From a virus: 38,953 nt of DNA. The notes under the pieces are model-generated. The model was not told the origin of the DNA. It ran no database searches and worked only from the letters and a program-made list of their open reading frames with translations. Location: the IMG/VR virus record IMGVR_UViG_3300045988_176666. One strand, 5' to 3'. Positions 32,697 through 38,953 of this stretch are shown in pieces (positions within the stretch are counted from its first letter, which is position 1; every line of letters starts with the position of its first letter). Both the position numbers and the translations under genes were made by a program.

Positions 32697-32879
32697 ATGG
32701 CTGTATATCGCAACATTGTGACCGGCTCGATTGTCTCCGTAGCAGACGATTACAAGCTCGACGCAAACTGGGAACCCTTCGTAGATGAGGTAGAAGTTAC
32801 CCCCGCCGCGCCGGAGGAACCCGAAGACCCCGCCAAGGACCCCGCCGAGGAAACCTCCAAGAAGGCAACGGGTAAGTAA
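32697..32879 (+). CDS. Small acidic Pro-rich protein (60 aa)
   Basis: ORF starting 2 nt after the capsid stop. Confidence 0.4.
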   Translation: MAVYRNIVTGSIVSVADDYKLDANWEPFVDEVEVTPAAPEEPEDPAKDPAEETSKKATGK

Positions 32880-32894
32880 CACAGGAGGCGCGCA

Positions 32895-33338
32895 ATGGCT
32901 GTAGCATCCGAGAACGATGTGCTGGTTAGCCTCCGCCGTGAGTTGAGGGGCGATGAAGGTAAGTACTTACAATCGCTCCTCAACCGCTCCGAAGCGCTCC
33001 TGCGCGCTCGCATTCCGCACTTTGACCAGCGGCTAGGAGAACCAAACTTCTACGACGTCGTTGTGATGATCGAAGCTGAGTCAGTCGCCCGTGTCCTGCG
33101 CGCAGATAACGCGGGCGTCTACTCATCAGAAACAGAAGAGGGCTACTCTTACCAGCTGAATTTCAAGGTAGCGTCCGGCCTGCTCGACATCCTCCCTGAG
33201 GAATGGGAAAAGCTCGGCGTCGGAGGAATCCGAGCCGTAACGCTGGAATATGACGCCTACGCCGCCCGCCGCTACCACGGAATGCGCCCAGACCTCAACT
33301 TCCAATACGGCAACCCAAATAGCCAGTACTGGCCCTAA
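32895..33338 (+). CDS. Head-tail connector protein (gp6-like)
   Basis: 147 aa, first of the connector block. Assigned by position and size. Confidence 0.5.
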   Translation: MAVASENDVLVSLRRELRGDEGKYLQSLLNRSEALLRARIPHFDQRLGEPNFYDVVVMIEAESVARVLRADNAGVYSSETEEGYSYQLNFKVASGLLDILPEEWEKLGVGGIRAVTLEYDAYAARRYHGMRPDLNFQYGNPNSQYWP

Positions 33339-33352
33339 GGTGGTGACCCCTC

Positions 33353-33715
33353 ATGAGTGAGATACGACGCGGCCGCCATACCGTCACCGTGCACCCACGC
33401 ACCAAAACAATAGACCGGTACGGCGACACTATAAGCACCCTCAGCACTGAGGGACACACCATCCAATGCAACGTGCAACCCCTGAGCGCCGAAGAGACTT
33501 TAGCGCTCGGAGGTGGCGTCGTCCAGACCGGATACCGCATAAAATACTGGCCTCAAGAACATAAACATGTCCCCTGGCCAGGCGGTCCCTACTCCCAAAT
33601 CACCATCGACGGCGAAAAATACGAGCAGCGCGGCGAACCGCTCCAATCCCGAATGTCAGGAACAACCGGGCACACAAAAATAATCGCCGTCAAATACCAC
33701 ACGGAACCCAAATAA
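33353..33715 (+). CDS. Head-tail adaptor / head closure protein
   Basis: 120 aa. RHTVTVHPRTKTIDRYGDT...IQCNVQPLSAEE follows the head-tail joining family pattern. Confidence 0.6.
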   Translation: MSEIRRGRHTVTVHPRTKTIDRYGDTISTLSTEGHTIQCNVQPLSAEETLALGGGVVQTGYRIKYWPQEHKHVPWPGGPYSQITIDGEKYEQRGEPLQSRMSGTTGHTKIIAVKYHTEPK

Positions 33716-34020
33716 TGGCCCAAGTCTACCGACGTATCGAACTAGAAGCCGCCATTATCGCATCCACCCGCGAAGAATTCGACCGCGCCGCCGCACGAGT
33801 CGAAAAGACCGCAAAGGCGCTCGCCCCCAAAGACACAACCGCCTTTGCCCGGTCTATCAAACGAAAGACCACCACAACCCCCCAAGGCGTACACGACCAG
33901 ACGATCTACAGCGACGACCCCGCCGCCCTCAGCATCGAATATGGCCACATCACGCCCGCAGGAAACTACGTGCCAGGTCACCACACCTTCGCCCAAACAA
34001 AGAGGAAATTAGATGTCTAG
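33715..34020 (+). CDS. HK97 gp10-like neck/tail-component protein
   Basis: 101 aa. KTAKALAPKDTTAFARSIK resembles the A-P-x-D-T-G-x-L-x-x-S-I motif. Confidence 0.55.
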   Translation: MAQVYRRIELEAAIIASTREEFDRAAARVEKTAKALAPKDTTAFARSIKRKTTTTPQGVHDQTIYSDDPAALSIEYGHITPAGNYVPGHHTFAQTKRKLDV

Positions 34021-34444
34021 CAGGACTATTGACATAGCAGCCCTCACATACCAGACGCTCGCTAACAGGCTTAGCAACATCAAAATATCCCAGGCTGCCC
34101 TCACCGACACCCTCACCCCGCAGAACCTCCCCGCCGTCCTATACGAGGTAGCCACCCCAACCTCAGTACCGAACGCCCCCCGCGTCGGAGTAGGCACCAC
34201 AGCCCAAATAGTCATAACCGCGCTCGCGACCTCCAGGGTGCAGGCGCGGGATGTGTGCGACAAGGCTGTCTCTGTGCTTATGGATGCGGTCGGGGATGAG
34301 GAAACAGAGCACGGCTGGTTTTCGCGGGTGGCTCTCACGCAGGAACCGGTGGCAGTCACCGCAGCCCCCACCGCAGGGGCACGCATTTTCCAATATTCAG
34401 CAGCAGCGGACGTTATCGCCCGCAGAAACACCAATCAGGAGTAA
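34013..34444 (+). CDS. Tail terminator / tail completion protein
   Basis: 143 aa, immediately upstream of the major tail gene. Position-based. Confidence 0.5.
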   Translation: MSSRTIDIAALTYQTLANRLSNIKISQAALTDTLTPQNLPAVLYEVATPTSVPNAPRVGVGTTAQIVITALATSRVQARDVCDKAVSVLMDAVGDEETEHGWFSRVALTQEPVAVTAAPTAGARIFQYSAAADVIARRNTNQE

Positions 34445-34449
34445 ACCCA

Positions 34450-35055
34450 ATGGCAGCAATTCAGGATGACAAACTGTTCATCGCCGATTTCGGCCACGTA
34501 TTCATCAATAAGGACTTGAACGCGAAATGGATTGACCTTGACAAGTTCAAGTTCGGCGACCAGTCCACCTATGGAGGCTGGACCTGGCTCGGAGACACAT
34601 CCGGCGAAAACGTTGTGGAATTCGAGTCAGAAGGCGGCGAGGTCGAATTCAAACGCACCTGGGACCGTAAGAAGGCAAAGTCCAAGCGATCCGACCGCGA
34701 AATCACCGGAACCATCAACAGCGTGCGAATCACCAAAGAAACCTTTGAAACCGCGTTCCCCGCTGGAAAATGGAACGAAGCCAGCAAGTCGTACACCGCA
34801 CAGGACAAGGTGGTGGAAACCACCGCAAAGCTCATGCTCATTATGGAAGACGGCAACGTCCTAGACGCCTTCGGATTCTACAAGAGCACCCTAGCAGGCG
34901 ACATGCCCAAATTCGACGTGGAAAACTTCACCGAAATTCCGCTCAAAATGGCCGCGCTCGCTAACGACAATCTGGAACTATTCGAGATTTGGGAGCCTCG
35001 CAAGGTAACCCCCGCAGCTGCCCCCGCCGCAGTAGTACCCGGCGTAGCAGCCTAA
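34450..35055 (+). CDS. Major tail protein
   Basis: 201 aa. Position before the chaperone pair and TMP; followed by a strong stem-loop. Confidence 0.7.
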   Translation: MAAIQDDKLFIADFGHVFINKDLNAKWIDLDKFKFGDQSTYGGWTWLGDTSGENVVEFESEGGEVEFKRTWDRKKAKSKRSDREITGTINSVRITKETFETAFPAGKWNEASKSYTAQDKVVETTAKLMLIMEDGNVLDAFGFYKSTLAGDMPKFDVENFTEIPLKMAALANDNLELFEIWEPRKVTPAAAPAAVVPGVAA

Positions 35056-35068
35056 ATCATACCCCACC

Positions 35069-35102
35069 TAGCCCGCCCAGCATATCCCCGCTGGGCGGGC
35101 TA
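35069..35102 (+). terminator. 13-bp GC-rich stem-loop after the major tail gene (no T-run)
   Basis: tagcccgcccagc-atatcccc-gctgggcgggcta. Confidence 0.45.
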
Positions 35103-35134
35103 ACCACATCATCAGAAAGGCAAGAACAAGAATC

Positions 35135-35500
35135 ATGGGTAAGAAACAGAACAACGCAGCTTTGACCGTCGAAGATGTAAAGAACCTCAAATTTGAGGAT
35201 ATGGACGGCCACGAACTTTTGCGCCCGCTATCCACCGTCAAGGGCTCCGACCAGGCACGCGCCCTGAACCAGCTCTCAAAAATCCGAGGCTCCCTGCAAG
35301 GGCTCGAAGCGGTAGACCTTGAAAACCCTGAAAAGGCCCTCGAAGCGGTAGACCTCGACAAAGTGGCAGACCTGATCGACTACGTAGCAGAACACTTTGC
35401 CCTCGATGTCGAAGAATTCGAGAAATTCACCTCAGGAGAAGGTGGCATGTCCCGCGCATTCCTACTAACTCTCACATACCTATCCCTCATGGGGGAATAG
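35135..35500 (+). CDS. Tail assembly chaperone (G-like)
   Basis: 121 aa, acidic, directly upstream of TMP, with an overlapping -1 frame that stays open downstream. Confidence 0.65.
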   Translation: MGKKQNNAALTVEDVKNLKFEDMDGHELLRPLSTVKGSDQARALNQLSKIRGSLQGLEAVDLENPEKALEAVDLDKVADLIDYVAEHFALDVEEFEKFTSGEGGMSRAFLLTLTYLSLMGE

Positions 35501-35868
35501 AAGCGCTCCGCAAGACCTGCAACGAATACCCAATGCTTGACGCCGAGCTTTTCATGCTCGGCGTCAAGGTTGAAGACCTCAACACGCAGCAGGAAGTCAA
35601 CCGCACCTACGCACTTGTGGAGCGCCTAAAACACGACCACACGTCACTCTGGAGAGCCGAAATCCTCGGAAACAAGAGCCTCTACGGATGGGGACCAGGC
35701 GAATATATCGCCGCCGCGCAGCTCAACGCCCAAAACACCGAACTAAAAGGCAAAAAGCTGTCAAAGAACGAAATGGTCAACATCCCACAACCAGAGCGAC
35801 AGAAGAAACACATCGAAAAAGCTACCGCATCAGACATGCACAACTTTTTCAGCTCCCTAACACACTAA
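35135..35868 (+). CDS. Tail assembly chaperone, predicted -1 frameshift fusion product (G-T-like)
   Basis: The -1 frame is open from 35323 to 35868. The G frame ends ...ctc atg ggg gaa tag, giving a G5 run (35490-35494) just before the stop as a candidate slip site. Confidence 0.45.
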
Positions 35869-35883
35869 GGAAGGCACGCGGCT

Positions 35884-38800
35884 ATGGCACTCGGACGTAT
35901 TAGCATCAAGGTATTTCCTGACACCTCAAAATTCAGGACAGACCTAAAAACCGCGCTAAACCGCATCGAACGCAACACACGCGGTACCGTGCAAATAATC
36001 CCCGTCATAGACCGCGAAGCCCTCGCCCGCCTCAAAAATAACCTAAGCCGTCTCAACGCAACCGCAAAAGTGCGTGTAGACGCAGACACCGCCGCAGCAT
36101 CCCGCCGCCTCTCCGACATCGCACGCGGCCGCAAAGCAACCGTAGAAGCAGACCTCGACACCAAAGCCGCAACCGAACAGCTCAAAACGCTTTTCAACCA
36201 CAAAAACCTTGTAGTCAACGTCGAACCCGAAACCACCGGTGCCCGCCGCGCTCTCACCGCCCTAACCCGCGCTCTCACCGCACCCATAACCGCCGAAGTC
36301 GAAACAGCGAAAGCAGCAGCACGCCTCGCCGAGCTATCCGCCCGCCGATCCACCCCCATCAACGCCAACGCAGACACCGCCAAGGCAAAGCACGACCTAG
36401 ACGACCTCGCAAAAGAACGCGAGGCAACCATCAACGCAGATGCAGACACAGGAAAAGCAGCCGTCGCGCTCGCTATCCTGCAACGCACCCGCACCGTCGA
36501 CATCGTGCCAAAGGTAAACGCTTCTGCTCTGGCCGCTGCCCAAACAGCGCTAGGTAGTCTCTCCGGCGGCCGCACCCTGAATAATCTCAAGACTGGGATT
36601 ATTGACGTCACTAAAAACATTGACACCCTAACTCCCAGGGTATCGGGACTCGCAATAGCCGGTGCTGGGCTATCAGCAGCCATGATCACCCTAACGGGCA
36701 ACGTCCTATCCCTCGGCGCAGGACTTATCGCTGTAGCCCCCGCCGCCCTCGCGCTCCCTGGCCTCTTCCTCGGAGCCGCCGCCGGTGCTGGAACTCTCAT
36801 CACTGTGCTGGCCGATACGGGCAAATACCTTGGCGACCTGAAACCAGCATTTGAAGACCTCAAAAACACGATGTCTGGCAATTTCTGGTCACAGGCAGAG
36901 GCCCCGCTGCGGCATATGGTCGAAACCCTGCTGCCTACCCTCAGTAAGGGGCTAGGCGAAATCGCGCTGCAATTCACGGACTGGGCACGCGCCGCAGATA
37001 ACGCCGTATCCGGCTCCATCGGCTCCTTCGACGTCATCTTCCAGAACGTAGCAGACGCCGTGAACATCGCCGGAGAAGGTGTAGCCAGCTTCATCTCTGG
37101 AATGATAAAGCTCTCTGAAATCGGCGCATCGGCTCTCCCGTCCATCGCCGAGAAATTCAACCAGATAGCCGAATCGTTCAACGAATGGGCGCAATCTGAC
37201 GCCGCCGTGCAAGCATTCAACGCAGCAATAGAGACAGCCAAAGACCTGTTCCGAATAATTCAACAGGTCATTGGCATTTTTGCTGCGCTAGGCTCTGCAG
37301 CCCAAGAAGCCGGAGGCTCTACCCTCTCCGGCCTCGCCGATGGGCTCGCAGCAGTGAACCGGGCCATGTCAACCGTCGAAGGCCACCAGGCGCTCGTGGA
37401 TTTATTCAAATCTGCAGGCCAGGCCGTCGACAACATGAAGCCCGGCCTGACAGAACTAGCAACCTCCCTGCCTTCCCTCGGCTCTTCCCTCGGCTCCGCC
37501 ATGCAGTCCGCAGGATCGGCCATTAGCTCCCTAGCCTCCGGCCTCGCTAAGCTCCTGGCAGACCCCGCCGTCTCCAACGGCATCAAAAGCCTTTTTGACG
37601 GCATCCGCCAAGGCGCAGATGCACTCGGACAGTCACTCCCAGCGCTCGCGCCTGCGATTGGCTCGCTAACCTCCACGTTTGGGCAAATGGCGGCGACGCT
37701 AGGGCCTGTGGTGGGTGAGGCTATCAAGCAGCTTGCCCCGCTTTTTGCGCAGATTCTCCAGGCAGTCCAGCCGCTTATTCCGGTGCTGGGAAACCTGCTG
37801 ATTTCGGTACTGCAGGCGATTGTGCCTGTGATTACGCCGATTATTTCTGCTGTGGCGGATTGGGTGAAGCAAAATCCTGAGCTCGCGGCCACGATTATTA
37901 CTGTGGTAGCCGTGCTCGCGGGAATTATCGCAATACTGATCCAAGTTGTCGTAGCTATCGCCCCGGTTGTGGAGGCTATCGCAGCCCTAGTTGGCGTGTT
38001 CGGTGGTATGGCCGTCGCTATTGGCGGCGGTATAGCAGCCGTTGTCGCTATTGTGGTGGCCCTCCTGGCCGGGCTTGTAGTCCTAATCGTGATGAACTGG
38101 GACAACATAGTCAGTTTCACAACAGATGCATGGAACAACATTGTCTCGTTCCTGACTGACGTGTGGAACAACATTGTCTCCATCGCAACAACAGTGTGGA
38201 ACGGCATTGTCGAATTTTTTACGGGCCTGTGGAACGGCATTGTTGACCTCTTCAACGCCTATATGACGGCGCTCACAACAAACTGGACGAATGCCTGGAA
38301 CGCGGTATCACAATTTGTTACCGAAATCTGGAACAGCATTGTCGAGGGAGTAACAAACTTCCTAACGCCAATCGTCGACGCCTTCATGAACGCCTGGAAC
38401 GGGCTCGTGCAGTTCCTAACGGAGGTTGGGCAAAACTTCCTCATCGCCATTGTTGCGATAGGAATTCTGCTCTATGAGGGAATAGTTGCACTAATGCAAC
38501 CGGTCATCGCATTCTTCACGACAGCTTGGAACAGCCTCGTGCAGATCGTAACCGATGTCTGGAATCAGATAGTCGCCTCAGTAACCGCATTCCTAGCCCC
38601 CATCATTCAAACACTGAATGATATATGGAACCAGATTGTGCAAGGCGTAACTGCATTCCTGACGCCCATCATCCAATTTGTCACGAACACCTGGAACCAG
38701 ATAGTCAGCGCCATATCAACGGCAATGAACACAGCCTGGAGCGTCATTTCCTCCATTTGGAACCAGATAACCGGGTTTATCTCATCCGTGCTGAGTAGTA

Positions 38801-38953
38801 TTTTCAGCACAATCTCTTCCAGCTGGAACAGCATTGTCTCCACAGTCAGGAGCGCACTCAGCGCCATTTGGTCTGTTGTCTCCTCCATTTGGAACCAGAT
38901 AACCGGGTTTATCTCATCCGTGCTGAGTAGTATTTTCAGCACAATCTCTTCCA
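35884..38953 (+). CDS. Tape measure protein, N-terminal 1,023 codons (runs off the window end and continues at 1..681)
   Basis: Not in the ORF track because there is no stop before the window end. I read frame 1 from the ATG at 35884 (RBS aaggaagg) to 38953 and found no stop. It has N-terminal A-D-x-D-T-x-x-A repeats, two long hydrophobic segments and then W-N-x-I-V repeats. Confidence 0.9.
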   Translation, partial: MALGRISIKVFPDTSKFRTDLKTALNRIERNTRGTVQIIPVIDREALARLKNNLSRLNATAKVRVDADTAAASRRLSDIARGRKATVEADLDTKAATEQLKTLFNHKNLVVNVEPETTGARRALTALTRALTAPITAEVETAKAAARLAELSARRSTPINANADTAKAKHDLDDLAKEREATINADADTGKAAVALAILQRTRTVDIVPKVNASALAAAQTALGSLSGGRTLNNLKTGIIDVTKNIDTLTPRVSGLAIAGAGLSAAMITLTGNVLSLGAGLIAVAPAALALPGLFLGAAAGAGTLITVLADTGKYLGDLKPAFEDLKNTMSGNFWSQAEAPLRHMVETLLPTLSKGLGEIALQFTDWARAADNAVSGSIGSFDVIFQNVADAVNIAGEGVASFISGMIKLSEIGASALPSIAEKFNQIAESFNEWAQSDAAVQAFNAAIETAKDLFRIIQQVIGIFAALGSAAQEAGGSTLSGLADGLAAVNRAMSTVEGHQALVDLFKSAGQAVDNMKPGLTELATSLPSLGSSLGSAMQSAGSAISSLASGLAKLLADPAVSNGIKSLFDGIRQGADALGQSLPALAPAIGSLTSTFGQMAATLGPVVGEAIKQLAPLFAQILQAVQPLIPVLGNLLISVLQAIVPVITPIISAVADWVKQNPELAATIITVVAVLAGIIAILIQVVVAIAPVVEAIAALVGVFGGMAVAIGGGIAAVVAIVVALLAGLVVLIVMNWDNIVSFTTDAWNNIVSFLTDVWNNIVSIATTVWNGIVEFFTGLWNGIVDLFNAYMTALTTNWTNAWNAVSQFVTEIWNSIVEGVTNFLTPIVDAFMNAWNGLVQFLTEVGQNFLIAIVAIGILLYEGIVALMQPVIAFFTTAWNSLVQIVTDVWNQIVASVTAFLAPIIQTLNDIWNQIVQGVTAFLTPIIQFVTNTWNQIVSAISTAMNTAWSVISSIWNQITGFISSVLSSIFSTISSSWNSIVSTVRSALSAIWSVVSSIWNQITGFISSVLSSIFSTISS
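38749..38953 (+). repeat. 132-nt-period tandem repeat inside TMP (38749-38843 versus 38881-38953 continuing at 56-77)
   Basis: 73 nt are identical within the window (38749-38821 = 38881-38953). The match continues across the junction with one mismatch (g38822 vs t56). Confidence 0.9.

Larger units (their letters stand above)
1..38953. mobile_element. Complete genome of a temperate tailed phage (siphovirus-type gene order), assembled as a circle; unique length 38,898 bp
   Basis: All phage modules are present in canonical order: immunity, early, DNA metabolism, HNH-TerS-TerL, portal, MuF, scaffold, capsid, connectors, tail, TMP, fibres, lysis, xis/int, attP. First 55 nt are identical to last 55 nt, and one gene is continuous across the join. 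Confidence 0.85.

Noticed and set aside
35865-38255. Long minus-strand ORFs in the track (35865..37241, 458 aa; 37260..38255, 331 aa; also 38259..38450 and 38607..38942)
   Set aside because: They lie antisense to an uninterrupted + strand frame (35884 to the window end) that encodes a typical tape measure protein. Their products are low-complexity Ala/Ser/Arg strings. The real gene is missing from the track only because it has no stop inside the window.

Overview
The window is one entire temperate tailed-phage genome, not a chromosomal neighbourhood. The unique length is 38,898 bp: nt 1-55 are identical to nt 38899-38953, and the tape measure gene reads straight through the join. Gene order in window coordinates: tape measure C-terminus and a tail tip/fibre block with two putative glycan-degrading proteins (1-8865); lysis cassette (8877-11099); face-to-face terminators; leftward xis-like gene, unknown orf and tyrosine integrase (11261-12996); attP with a tRNA 3'-end mimic plus terminator (13020-13205); divergent CI-like/Cro-like switch with 20-bp GTATCA-N4-TGATAC operators (13380-14097); about 25 tightly coupled small early genes (14124-20838), with lower GC and C>G skew. 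A DNA-metabolism block overlaps the end of that run (19890-25026): Dam-type methylase, triple zinc-ribbon protein, clamp-like protein, an HNH-containing protein with long exact internal repeats, and a VRR-NUC nuclease. The late block follows (25150-38953): HNH/TerS/TerL, portal, MuF-like head protein, scaffold, major capsid, connectors, major tail, G/G-T chaperones and tape measure. Nearly all genes are on the + strand; the long minus-strand ORFs the track lists inside GC-rich late genes are shadow ORFs. The main leads are: (1) the MuF head protein carries a C-terminal EndoU-like nuclease module, followed by a small overlapping gene and its own terminator, a candidate virion-packaged toxin/immunity pair; (2) the replication-region protein has two pairs of perfect 77-79-nt in-frame repeats; (3) a remote copy of the immunity operator sits in a 36-bp palindrome at 22341-22376; (4) a GH135/spherulin-4-like enzyme lies in the tail module. 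No rRNA, complete tRNA, CRISPR array, reverse transcriptase or transposase was seen. The host is probably a non-mycolate member of the Actinomycetota. That is an unverified inference from GC content, TTG/GTG starts, the collagen-like fibre, amidase-then-holin order and the absence of LysB. All domain calls come from motif recognition by eye and need HMM confirmation.
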